Positions 1 through 11,700 of a stretch of 64,000 nt of DNA are shown one piece after another. The translations under genes were made by a program, and so were the position numbers. Origin of the DNA: an uncultured Gammaproteobacteria bacterium (lineage in GTDB: Bacteria > Pseudomonadota > Gammaproteobacteria > UBA9214); contig CAVVHS010000001.1 in the NCBI GenBank assembly GCA_963748215.1, positions 12,539 through 76,538 on the forward strand. Reading direction: 5' to 3'. The notes under the pieces were generated by a model, which was given only the letters and a program-made list of their open reading frames with translations, did no database searches and was not told the DNA's origin. Every line of letters begins with the position of its first letter. Position 1 is the first letter of the stretch.

Positions 1-11
1 CAGGACGCGTT

Positions 12-512
12 ATGTATTGCCCGTTTTGCGGTAAGCAGGAGACCAAGGTGATCGACTCGCGGCTGGCGGGCGAGGGCGCCCAGGTGCGGCGCCGGCGCGA
101 ATGTCTGGCCTGTGGCGAACGTTTCACCACCTTCGAGTTCGCCGAGCTGGTGATGCCGCGCATTATCAAGGGCAACGGCGCGCGCGAGCCCTTCGATGAA
201 AAGAAGATGGTCGGCGGCATGATGCGTGCGCTGGAAAAGCGCCCGGTCGATTCCGACAGCGTGGCCGCCGCGATCAGCCGCCTGCAGCACCGCATGCGCG
301 CCAGCGGCGAGCGCGAGATCCCGTCGCGCATGCTGGGCGAGTGGGTGATGAACGAGCTGCGCCAGCTCGACCAGGTGGCCTATGTGCGCTTCGCCTCGGT
401 GTATCGCAGCTTCGAGGATGTAAATGCCTTTCGCGAGGAGATCGAGCGCCTGGAAAGCGAGCCGACCGCGGAAGAGCGCAAGGACCAGATTTCACTGCTG
501 CCGGAAGACTGA
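12..512 (+). CDS. nrdR: Transcriptional repressor NrdR
   Basis: N-terminal CPFC...RRRRECLAC zinc ribbon, ATP-cone, [15 protein letters not shown]; precedes ribD. Confidence 0.97.
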   Translation: MYCPFCGKQETKVIDSRLAGEGAQVRRRRECLACGERFTTFEFAELVMPRIIKGNGAREPFDEKKMVGGMMRALEKRPVDSDSVAAAISRLQHRMRASGEREIPSRMLGEWVMNELRQLDQVAYVRFASVYRSFEDVNAFREEIERLESEPTAEERKDQISLLPED

Positions 513-566
513 GGCGGTGGCCAGACGTCACCGTTCATCATTATAGCCACCTGCCCGACCTGAAAG

Positions 567-1670
567 ATGCCTGCTGCAACCGATCACCTGCACATGGCGC
601 ATGCCCTGCGGCTCGCACGGCGTGGCCTGTATGGCACCGACCCGAATCCGCGCGTCGGTTGCGTGCTGGTGCAGGACGGGCGCGTGGTGGGCGAGGGCTG
701 GCACGAGCGGGCCGGCGGGCCGCATGCCGAAATCCACGCCCTGGCGCAGGCCGGCGACGCCGCGCGCGGCGCCACTGCCTACGTCACGCTGGAGCCCTGC
801 TGCCATCACGGCCGTACGCCACCGTGCAGCGAGGCGCTGATCGAGGCCGGCGTGGCGCGCGTGGTCGCGGCCATGCAGGACCCGAATCCGCGGGTGGCGG
901 GCATGGGCCTGGCGGCGCTGGCGCAGGCCGGTATCGAGGTGCAGGCCGGGGTCATGACCGCCGAGGCGGAACAACTCAACTGCGGCTTCGTCAAGCGCAT
1001 GCACACGGGCCTGCCGTGGGTGCGGGTCAAGCTGGCCATGAGCCTGGACGGACGCACCGCCATGGCCAGCGGCGAGAGCCGCTGGATCACCGGCGAGGGC
1101 GCGCGCGCCGACGTGCAGCGCCTGCGCGCGCGCAGCTCGGCGATCCTGACCGGAATCGGCACGGTGCTGGCGGACGATCCGGCGCTGAATGTCAGGCTGG
1201 CAGACGTGCAGGGCGAGCCGCGCCAGCCGCTGCGCATCGTGCTCGACAGCCGCCTGCAAACACCGCCCTCCGCCCGGTTGCTGGGATTGCCCGGGAATAC
1301 GTATGTGCTGACCACGGAGAGCGATGCACGCCGTATTGCTACCCTGACCAGCGACACGGTCACGGTTGCCGTGTTGCCCATGCGTAGTGACAAGCGGCTC
1401 AACCTGAATGCGGTCATGAGCTTCCTGGGAGAGCAGGACTGCAACGAGGTGCATGTCGAGGCCGGCCCGACCGTGTCCGGTGCGCTGCTGCAGGAGGGCC
1501 TGGTCGACGAGTTGGTGATCTACCTGGCGCCGCACCTGATGGGTGACGCCGCGCGCGGCCTGTGCACGCTGCCGGGACTGGAGCGTATGGACCAGCGTAT
1601 CGGGCTGTCGATCAGCGATATCCGCGCCGTCGGTGATGACTGGCGGATTACGGCAACGGTGGCGCGATAG
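567..1670 (+). CDS. ribD: Riboflavin biosynthesis deaminase/reductase RibD
   Basis: PNPRVGCV, HAE, TLEPCCHHGRTPPC, KLAMSLDGRTA motifs. Confidence 0.97.
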   Translation: MPAATDHLHMAHALRLARRGLYGTDPNPRVGCVLVQDGRVVGEGWHERAGGPHAEIHALAQAGDAARGATAYVTLEPCCHHGRTPPCSEALIEAGVARVVAAMQDPNPRVAGMGLAALAQAGIEVQAGVMTAEAEQLNCGFVKRMHTGLPWVRVKLAMSLDGRTAMASGESRWITGEGARADVQRLRARSSAILTGIGTVLADDPALNVRLADVQGEPRQPLRIVLDSRLQTPPSARLLGLPGNTYVLTTESDARRIATLTSDTVTVAVLPMRSDKRLNLNAVMSFLGEQDCNEVHVEAGPTVSGALLQEGLVDELVIYLAPHLMGDAARGLCTLPGLERMDQRIGLSISDIRAVGDDWRITATVAR

Positions 1671-1676
1671 CTCAAA

Positions 1677-1726
1677 TGTAGGGTGCGTTTCACGCACCGG
1701 CAACGGTGCGCACAGCGCACCCTACA
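1677..1726. repeat. GTAG-type REP doublet (inverted pair)
   Basis: TGTAGGGTGCG-tttca-CGCACC...GGTGCG-cacag-CGCACCCTACA between ribD and ribE. Confidence 0.8.
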
Positions 1727-1754
1727 AATCTGTGCAAGGATTTAAATTCAGATC

Positions 1755-2426
1755 ATGTTTACAGGCATCATACAGGCGGTAGGAAAAGTGGCGGCGCTGG
1801 AGCAGCGCGGCGGTGACCTGCGCATCGCGATCGACACCGGCAAGCTGCCGCTGGCCGACGTCGGGCTCGGCGACAGCATCGCGGTCAGCGGCGTGTGCCT
1901 GACCGTGGTGCAGAAGGGCGCGCAGATGTTTCATGCCGACGTCTCCGGCGAGACCCTCGGGCTCACCACGCTCGGGCAGCTGGCGGTCAACGATGCCGTC
2001 AACCTGGAAAAGGCCCTGACGCTGGCGACGCGCCTGGGCGGGCACCTGGTCAGCGGCCATGTCGACGGCATCGGCAGTGTCACGGCACGGCGGGAGGACA
2101 GCCGTTCGGTACGCTTCAGCATTCAGGCGCCGGACGCGCTGGCGCGCTATATCGCCGTGAAGGGTTCGATCTGTATCGATGGCGTGAGCCTGACGGTGAA
2201 TGCGGTCGATGGCGCCAGCTTCGAGCTGAATATCGTCCCGCATACCCTGGCCGAGACGACGCTGCGCGATTTCCACACCGGCCGCCGGGTCAATCTCGAG
2301 GTCGACCTGATCGCCCGCTACCTGGAGCGCCTGTTGCAGGGCGATACCGCGGCCAGGCCGGGTCCGGGCGAGGGGCTGACCCGCGCCCTGCTCGAGGCGC
2401 ACGGTTTCGCCGGCAAGCACGACTAG
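1755..2426 (+). CDS. ribE: Riboflavin synthase (alpha type)
   Basis: MFTGII N-terminus, GGHLVSGHVDG, KGSICIDGVSLTVN. Confidence 0.96.
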   Translation: MFTGIIQAVGKVAALEQRGGDLRIAIDTGKLPLADVGLGDSIAVSGVCLTVVQKGAQMFHADVSGETLGLTTLGQLAVNDAVNLEKALTLATRLGGHLVSGHVDGIGSVTARREDSRSVRFSIQAPDALARYIAVKGSICIDGVSLTVNAVDGASFELNIVPHTLAETTLRDFHTGRRVNLEVDLIARYLERLLQGDTAARPGPGEGLTRALLEAHGFAGKHD

Positions 2427-2516
2427 TCCCGTCTGCGCACGAAGCGTGCTGCACGCACGTGTTTCATGGATAATGGCGTTATGTCACTAAACACCGAAAA
2501 ACAGCAAGCTGCAAAC

Positions 2517-3620
<1,104 letters not shown>

Positions 3621-3651
3621 GCGGATTCGGTATATCAACAGGGACAATGAC

Positions 3652-4128
<477 letters not shown>

Positions 4129-4142
4129 GGCCGTTGCAGCCC

Positions 4143-4589
4143 GTGACCGTATCGCCCCATGCCCGTGCCCGCGCGCGCCGCTACGCCATGCAGGCGCTCT
4201 ATCAATGGGACCTGTCAGGCACCGCCCTGCACGACATCCGCAACCAGTTCCTGGAGTCCGAGGATTTCTCGAAAACCGACAGGGACTATTTCATAGAGCT
4301 GTTCAATAATGTCACCAAGAACATTGAAAGTATTGACAATAATATAACGAAATTTATCGACCGTCCGCTGCCGCGGCTGGACCCGGTCGAGCGCGCCATC
4401 CTGCGCATCGCCCTCTACGAGCTGGCCCACCGACTGGAGATCCCCTACCGGGTGGTGATCAACGAGGCCGTGCAGCTGACCAAAAAGTTCGGCGCCGAGC
4501 AGGGCCACGCCTTCGTCAACGGTGTGCTGGACAAGGCTTCGCATGCGCTCAGGACCGTCGAATACGACCGGCACGCGCACCGGGTCTAG
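4143..4589 (+). CDS. nusB: Transcription antitermination factor NusB
   Basis: RARARRYAMQALYQW, VINEAVQLTKKFG, FVNGVLD; probable GTG start. Confidence 0.95.
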   Translation: MTVSPHARARARRYAMQALYQWDLSGTALHDIRNQFLESEDFSKTDRDYFIELFNNVTKNIESIDNNITKFIDRPLPRLDPVERAILRIALYELAHRLEIPYRVVINEAVQLTKKFGAEQGHAFVNGVLDKASHALRTVEYDRHAHRV

Positions 4590-4717
4590 CCCGCAGTTCT
4601 GGCCGGGCGACGGAACGTGACCCCGGTGATTCAAGAGGTGGAAGAGAGATGGAAGACCTGCACCCATCAGTGTCTCATCGGGCGATGCCTGTCACGGTGA
4701 GGGACGAGGACTAGCGC

Positions 4718-5689
4718 ATGGCCGGCGACGAGTTCGATATCATCAATCAGCATTTCACGCGTCAGCCGGTGGCGCGCGAGGACGTGCTGCTGGGGGTGGG
4801 CGATGATGCCGCGCTGCTGCTGGTGCCCGCCGGGGCCGAGCTGGTCGTGTGCATGGACACGCTGGTCGCCGGTGTCCATTTCAGCGCTGACACGCCGCCG
4901 GCCGCCATCGGCCACAAGGCGCTGGCCGTGAACCTGAGCGACCTCGCCGCGATGGGTGCCGAGCCGGCCTGGGCGACGCTGGCGCTGACGCTGCCGGAAT
5001 ACCATCCCGTCTGGCTCGCCGATTTCGCACGTGGCTTCTTCGCGCTTGCGGATCACTACCACGTGCAGCTGGTCGGCGGTGATACCACGCATGGCCCGCT
5101 GACAGTGACCGTGCAGACCCACGGCTTCATCCGCAACGGCAAGGCGCTGCGCCGGACCGGCGCGCAACCCGGCGACCGGATCTACGTCACCGGGACACTG
5201 GGCGATGCCGGTCTGGCCCTGCAACTGCGCGGCGCCGCGAACGAGGGCCTGCGCAAGCGCCTCGATTATCCGCAGCCGCGCATCGAGGCCGGCCTGGCGC
5301 TGCGCAAGCATGCCAGTGCCGTGATCGATATATCCGACGGCCTGCTGGCAGACCTGGGGCACCTGCTGGAGCGCGATGACCTGGGGGCGCGCATCGACAT
5401 CGATACCTTGCCGCATTCACAGGCCTTTCTCGAGGCCATCGAACAACCGGGCCCGGGCGCGCGCCCGTCCTATTACGAGCTGCCGCTCAGTGCCGGCGAC
5501 GATTACGAGCTGTGTTTTACCGTGCCCCCGCCGCAGTGCGCGGAGGTGGAGCAGCGACTGGGCGGGCTGGCCTGCGGCTGCACGGCCATCGGCGTCATCG
5601 AGCAGGAGCCCGGCATCCGCTGCCACTACCGGGACGGCAGCGACTACCAGCCGGTCAGTCGCGGTTATCTGCACTTTCTCGATGACTGA
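4718..5689 (+). CDS. thiL: Thiamine-monophosphate kinase
   Basis: GVGDDAA, NLSDLAAMGA, GGDTT, DISDGL, GDDYELCFT. Confidence 0.96.
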   Translation: MAGDEFDIINQHFTRQPVAREDVLLGVGDDAALLLVPAGAELVVCMDTLVAGVHFSADTPPAAIGHKALAVNLSDLAAMGAEPAWATLALTLPEYHPVWLADFARGFFALADHYHVQLVGGDTTHGPLTVTVQTHGFIRNGKALRRTGAQPGDRIYVTGTLGDAGLALQLRGAANEGLRKRLDYPQPRIEAGLALRKHASAVIDISDGLLADLGHLLERDDLGARIDIDTLPHSQAFLEAIEQPGPGARPSYYELPLSAGDDYELCFTVPPPQCAEVEQRLGGLACGCTAIGVIEQEPGIRCHYRDGSDYQPVSRGYLHFLDD

Positions 5690-6176
5690 GCCGATTTCGC
5701 CGCGCCTGCTGTTGCACCCGGTGGACCTGCTGGCGCTGGGTTTCGGCAGCGGCCTGGTGCCGAAGGCGCCGGGTACCGCCGGCACGCTGGTGGCGATACC
5801 GGTGTACCTGCTGGTGCAGACACTGGCCTGGCCGGCCTACCTGGCGCTTACGGCAACGCTGTTCCTGGCCGGCATCGCGATCTGCGCACATACCGCCACA
5901 CGCCTGGGTGTGCACGACCACCCCGGCATCGTCTGGGACGAGATCGTCGGCTACCTGGTGACCATGACGCTGGCCCCGGCCGGCTGGCTGTGGATCGCCA
6001 TCGGCTTCGTGCTGTTCCGTTTCTTCGATGTACTCAAGCCCTGGCCGATCCGCTGGTTCGACCGGTACGTGCATGGTGGCTTCGGCATCATGCTGGACGA
6101 CCTGATCGCCGGCCTGTTCGCGGCGGGCGTGCTGCAGTTGCTGGCGGTGTATCTACCGTCTGTGATGAATGAATGA
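5682..6176 (+). CDS. pgpA: Phosphatidylglycerophosphatase A
   Basis: GFGSGLVPKAPGTAGT, DHPGIVWDE, FRFFDVLKPWPI, GIMLDD; overlaps end of thiL. Confidence 0.95.
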   Translation: MTEPISPRLLLHPVDLLALGFGSGLVPKAPGTAGTLVAIPVYLLVQTLAWPAYLALTATLFLAGIAICAHTATRLGVHDHPGIVWDEIVGYLVTMTLAPAGWLWIAIGFVLFRFFDVLKPWPIRWFDRYVHGGFGIMLDDLIAGLFAAGVLQLLAVYLPSVMNE

Positions 6177-6218
6177 ATGATACTCGCGCGCAGATGCAGA
6201 TCTCGCAAAGTAACTATT

Positions 6219-6248
6219 GCCACGGAGAGCGCAGAGAGCACAGGGAAA
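6219..6248. repeat. Degenerate half copy of the CCACGGAA/CACACGGAA repeat family
   Basis: GCCACGGAGAGCGCAGAGAGCACAGGGAAA resembles the arms at 18819 and 27812. Confidence 0.45.
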
Positions 6249-6277
6249 CAGGTATTCCCTGGAGTGCAGATACCACG

Positions 6278-6432
6278 TGCGAGAGCGGGCCGCGTCCGCG
6301 ATTATTTTCTCGATAAAGAACGCGCGATGCACACGGAGAAGGTGAGACCGTTTTTACGGGCATAGCCCGGGTCGAGAGGCTGGCCTGGGCCATGTGCAGG
6401 TGCCGCGAGAGGGCAGGAAGCCTGTAGCGGCC
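6278..6432 (+). repeat. ~155-bp composite dispersed element (REP-like head plus GGA-hairpin tail), copy 1
   Basis: Colinear with 62208-62361, including identical TTTTTACGGGCATAGCCCGGGTCGAGA. Confidence 0.88.
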
Positions 6433-6597
6433 TTGCGAAGCGCTCCTGCGTCAACGAGATGCGTCCGCAATGGGCCGCGTCCGCAATTTTTTCCAATGTT
6501 GTTTTGCAGAGTCCGGAATGGTGCTATTTTTAACCCAGAACCATATCTTATATCACAGGCATACGCTGCGTGTGCCTGATTTCAGGAGGGCATAGCC

Positions 6598-7083
6598 ATG
6601 TCAGATCAGGAAACGTCCATACAAAACAACCAGCAAGAAAAAGCCGGGCTGACCCGCAGGGAGCTGCTGCTGGGGCTGGGCGCGGCAGCCACGGTGGCGT
6701 ATGCAGGAAACGCTGCAGCTGCCATGCCGGGGCATGACCACAGCAAGCACAGTGCGCAGCAGCCCGAGTTGCTGGCGGCTGCCAACGACTGTCTCGACAA
6801 GGGGCAGCGCTGCATCGCCCACTGCCTGGTCTCGTTCCAGGAGGGCGATACATCGCTGGCCGACTGTGCCGCGAAGGTGCACGAAATGCAGGCCATTTGC
6901 GGCGCCTTTTCCTACCTGCTGGCGGCGAACTCAGGCTACCTGAAGGCCTATGCCGGGGTCTGCGAACAGGTGTGCCTGGACTGCGAAAAGGAATGCAGGA
7001 AGCACGAGAAACATATCGAGTGCACGGCATGTGCAGACGCCTGCGCCGAGCTGGTGGACCAGATCAAGCTCCGGCTGACCTAG
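6598..7083 (+). CDS. Tat-exported four-helix-bundle copper storage protein (Csp1 family)
   Basis: TRRELL twin-arginine signal, His-rich mature N-terminus, repeated CxxxC/CxxC motifs. Confidence 0.88.
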   Translation: MSDQETSIQNNQQEKAGLTRRELLLGLGAAATVAYAGNAAAAMPGHDHSKHSAQQPELLAAANDCLDKGQRCIAHCLVSFQEGDTSLADCAAKVHEMQAICGAFSYLLAANSGYLKAYAGVCEQVCLDCEKECRKHEKHIECTACADACAELVDQIKLRLT

Positions 7084-7095
7084 ACTTCGATTGGT

Positions 7096-7124
7096 ACAAC
7101 TGGGGGACATGCCCCCCCAGTTGT
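7096..7124. repeat. Hairpin between csp1-like gene and ppk2
   Basis: ACAACTGGGGG...CCCCCAGTTGT inverted repeat. Confidence 0.6.
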
Positions 7125-7154
7125 CTAGTCAGAACAAACAAAGGGTGTTAAGCG

Positions 7155-8036
7155 ATGAGCGTCGCCCCGCAAGTCCATATTGACAGTCCCTGGCTGGTAC
7201 CATTCGATGCCAGCTTCGCGGTGTCGCGCGCGCTCACCGGGACGGCGGATGCACCGGACAAGAAGGCCTGCAAGAAACGGCTGGACCGACTGATCGACGA
7301 AATGGGAGAGTTGCAGCGGCGCCTGTATGCCGCGGACCGTCACTCCGTACTGCTGGTATTCCAGGCCATGGATGCCGCCGGCAAGGACAGTACCATTCGC
7401 GCTGCGCTCAGCGGTGTCGACCCGGCAGGTTTCCAGGTGTTCTCGTTCAAGCAACCCTCGGCGGAAGAACTGGATCACGATTTTCTCTGGCGTTCGGCGC
7501 AGCGCCTGCCGCAGCGCGGACGCATCGGCGTATTCAATCGCAGCTATTACGAGGAAGTGCTGGTAGTGCGGGTGCATCCCGAGTACCTGCAGGGCCAGAA
7601 ACTGCCGGGCACGATCGATCATGACCGGCTCTGGGACGAGCGCTACGAGTCGATCCGTGATCACGAGAAGCACCTGGCCAGGAACGGTACCGTGATCATC
7701 AAGTTCTGGCTCAACGTTTCGCGTGACGAGCAGCGCAGGCGTTTTCTGTCGCGGCTGGACGAGCCTGAAAAAAACTGGAAGTTTTCCAGTGGCGATGTCG
7801 CCGAGCGCAAGCACTGGGACCGCTATATGCAGGCCTACGAGTCGGCGCTCAACGCCACCTCGCGGCCCTGGGCGCCGTGGTACGCAATCCCGGCCGATAA
7901 CAAGCCGTTCCTGCGCCTGTGTGTCGCCGAGATCATCGTGGAGACCATGAAGCAACTGGATTTGCGTTACCCGGTGGTCACTGACGAGCAGAAGCAGGAC
8001 TTCGCCGGCATGCGCGAGTTGCTGGAGCGGGGTTGA
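7155..8036 (+). CDS. ppk2: Polyphosphate kinase 2 family protein (probably class III)
   Basis: FQAMDAAGKDSTI Walker A, HDFLWR, FNRSYYEEVL, KNWKFS, WYAIPADNK. Confidence 0.93.
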   Translation: MSVAPQVHIDSPWLVPFDASFAVSRALTGTADAPDKKACKKRLDRLIDEMGELQRRLYAADRHSVLLVFQAMDAAGKDSTIRAALSGVDPAGFQVFSFKQPSAEELDHDFLWRSAQRLPQRGRIGVFNRSYYEEVLVVRVHPEYLQGQKLPGTIDHDRLWDERYESIRDHEKHLARNGTVIIKFWLNVSRDEQRRRFLSRLDEPEKNWKFSSGDVAERKHWDRYMQAYESALNATSRPWAPWYAIPADNKPFLRLCVAEIIVETMKQLDLRYPVVTDEQKQDFAGMRELLERG

Positions 8037-8740
8037 GGCGTGCCGGTCAATGACTCGGCTTGTATGCCACAGTTACGGCTTGGTCCGAGGCGGTGACAGG
8101 GCTCAAACCGTTGCTTTCCGGCGGGCCAGCTGACCGGTAATCCACGCTGGAATGGATATCAACCTCCGGTGGCAGCGTCGCGTTCACGGACGCTCTCCTG
8201 TACGGCCATGTGTCCAGCCCCCGGCAAACGACACGATTGTGCTCGCACATGATACGGGTCAATGTTGCCTGATTCGTATCATGATTTGATGATTCCCACA
8301 TGAGTATTTGTGTTTATTGGTTGAAAAAACCGATCGATACAGTCCTGTCAGTGTGCGCGCAGAGTCCTGCTCTGCCTGTTGTGATCGTCATTTACGCCTG
8401 ACTTGCGTGTCATCGCGTTAAGGGCTGAATGGCAACCCAGCCACCCTGCGGATCGATGCCCCGGACCCGCAATTTCCGCGCACGACAGCACTAGTTGATT
8501 ACAGCGGCGCATCCGTCCGACCCGGTATGCGTCAGTCGGACATTCTCCTTAAGCCGGTCGGGCATTGCGTGTAATATAGCCACGGTATCCCCGGATCGCA
8601 TGTCATGCGGATGCCGGGGCAGGGTGCGAACTGATGTGCCGGATGGACCGTCGCGTCGATCCCGGCTGCATGGGTGCCTCCGACCTTCCCTGACCTGCCT
8701 GCGATGAGCCGTGATACGATCACGACTGACCTGGACTGAA

Positions 8741-11700
8741 ATGGACGACACGGTACACAACGACGCACAGGCACCCCCCGTCTGGAACCAGCAGCACGGA
8801 ACTGCCGATCTGTTCATCGATGCGGGGGTCAGACACCTCAGGCTGCGTGCCTGTGGCGGTGACGGTTCGGTGTTGTTCGATGACGTGCTCCCCGGCAACA
8901 GGGATCTGCGTGAACTCTTTGCTGCCTACCGGATCGGCGAGCGCTTCGGTGACGGCGCGAATGCGCGTGTCTATATTACCGGCAAGCTGGCCGGGACGGT
9001 GCACGATACCCTGGGCTATGGCAAGGTTATACTCCCGGCGGCCCTGTTCTGGATGGCGGCGCGGGATCTTCTCGCGCTACCCGAAAACAGTGGCGTCACC
9101 ACGCTGGCGATGCTTGACCTGTCGGCCTCGGGGTACCTGCTCGTCGGTATTGATCGCAGCGGGGCGCTCAAGGATGACCTGCTACTGCTCAACCCCCGCT
9201 GCGGTGCCGGATCCGGTATCAACCTCGATCGTGTTTTGCAGAAACTGGCGTTGCGCCGTGAAGAGGTCGACCCGCTGCTCTCTGCCTACCTGGGCGAGGC
9301 CGGACGGGAACGGCGCGAGGGTGTGAGTGTACGAGCCGACCGCTGCGGGGTGTTTGCCTCTTCGGCCACCATTTCAGACAAGAATCAGGGTATCCCCCTG
9401 GATATCGCCCTGGCCACGACCCTGAAATCGGAAGTGCTGAAAGCCTGCAGGAAATTACCCGGGGGTTACGAGAAGGTCTGTCTGACCGGACGCATCTTTC
9501 GCTGGCAGTACGCCAGGGATTGCGCCGAAGACTGGCTGCGCGCCAACAGCGTGCAGGCGATCGCTTTCGATACAGAGAATACGCAGGTACTGGAATCGCT
9601 GCGCACCATGGTGCAGCGCATCGGCGCCGACAGTCTTGCCCAGCCCGACCGGCGCCTGATCGCCCACGGCGAGCCGGAGGAGTATCCATCCTTTACAGAG
9701 CTGAAATCGCGCTACGAGGCAAATGGTCGTTATCTGCGCATGGCGGATGAGCCGCTCCCGCCGTACACACCACAGCGGCTGTCAGAGCATCCGGTCATCC
9801 TCGGTCTGGACGTGGGTTCCACCATGGCCAAGGCCGTGCTGGCCGACGCCGTGAGTGGCGAGAGCCTGTTCATGACGGCCTACAGCAATGCCGGCGACAC
9901 CATCGAGACCGTGAAGCAGCTCTTCAGGGATCTGCGTGCCAGCGGCGTGGAACAGCTCCAGATACGCAGCATCGGCATCACCGGTTCAGCGCGCTACCAG
10001 GTACAGCAGGCACTGGCACGCATCTATCCGGTGCTGGGCGAGCGGATCTCGGTGCTGGTGGAGAACTACGCCCATGCACGGGGTTCCATCGAGCATGCCC
10101 GGCGTCACGTCCGCCGGCTCAAGGAACAGGGCTGCACCGACATCAATGAACAGTTCTGTATCCTGATCGACATCGGCGGTGAGGACACCAAGATCTCGAC
10201 CATCGCCCTGGAACAGGCCGAGCTGTTCGATAATGCCATGAACCTGAAATGTTCCGCGGGCACCGGCAGTCTGATGGACACGCTCAGCTCCATGTTCGAA
10301 AGTGGCAGTATCGCCGAGGCCTGTGAGCAGGCGTATCTGGCCCCCCGTTCCTTTGCCATCAATGCCACCTGCGCCGTGTTCCTGATGGAGAATGCCAGCA
10401 AGCTCCAGGCCCAGGGAGTGCCCAGGGACCAGATACTGGCCTCGGCGAACTGGGCCATCGTGGAGAACATGGCGCGGTCCCTGTGGACCCAGCTGGAGTT
10501 GCCCGGCAACGCGGTGGTCCTGCTGCATGGACAGACCATGCTCTCGGAACCGCTGCCGCTGGCCGTAACCCACCGTCTGCAAACCTACCTGGGCCAGCCG
10601 GCGTATGCCCTGGTACCACCCAATCCGGGGCATCGCGCCTGTATCGGTCTGATTCGCACCCTGCAGCAGGCCTCGCTGCCGGGGTTTGCCTATGTTCGCC
10701 TGGATGATTTCATCGACACCCGGTTTCAGAAGCATGTCATCGTCTGCAAGGGGGCCGCCTGCGGCGATCCTGCGGCACGCTGCAACCGCTGCTCGCTCAA
10801 ATGTCATGGGACAGATGGTGAGAAGATCTCCTTTACCCTGGGAGGATGCACCGCGATCAATGAACTGCTGGGCAGAAAGGAAAAACACCAGACGCCGATC
10901 AAACCGCCGCGTGACGCCTACAAGGAGATCTGGGATTTCATCGACAGCCAGCATCCCAGGAGCGAGGATCCGCGCCGGCTGGTCATCCCGCGCAGTTTCG
11001 TTGTCTCGGAGTGGGCCTTTTTTCTGGCGCGGATTTTCGTGCAGCTGGGGATTCCGGTCCATGTCGACACGGTGCGCGAAAAGGATCTGACCGATGCCCA
11101 ACCCAACCTGAATATCGACACCTGCGCGCCGCAGATCGGTGCCGTGGGCCAGTATCAGCGCCTGGCTTGCGAGGCGCACGGCATGATCCTCGTCCCGCAG
11201 ATCGAGACCCTGCCGACCGGCGGGAAGAGTCGCGGTCTTGCCTGCACCACCAACCAGGGTGGCGTAGCGGTTGCCATGAATCTCGCGGGAATGGCCTGCC
11301 GCGCAGCGCGGTTCCACATCTTCCATCTCAATCTCGACCAGCTCGACGCCGGCTATATCAGTGCCCAGTTGCATGGCCGTCTCGACGTGCTGTTCCGTTT
11401 CTACGGCATCACACCCACGGCTGACGCGTTGTACACGGTCGTGGAACAGGCCCTCGAGGACCATCAGCAGCTGCGCCGGGACGCCGCCGACCTCGCCGCC
11501 GCTCTGGCCGAGGAGGCCCTTGCAGAAGGCCGCCAGGTGGCGCTGGTGGTCGGGCGTGAGTACATTCTCAATCCCGGCATCTATGACAGCCATATCCGGC
11601 GCCTGCTGCGCGACAAGCATATGACTGTCATACCGTCTTATGTGCTGGACATGGATCTGGACGAGGATTTCAGCCACATTTACTGGCGCAATCCCCATTT

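Noticed and set aside
513-2516. FMN riboswitch in the rib operon
   Set aside because: Intergenic gaps are short and lack the conserved motifs; the ribD-ribE gap is a REP doublet.
9986-11698. Long antisense ORFs (also 28087-29808, 45579-47246, 47647-49377, 23210-24607, 37388-38731)
   Set aside because: Shadow frames of GC-rich genes with no recognisable motifs.
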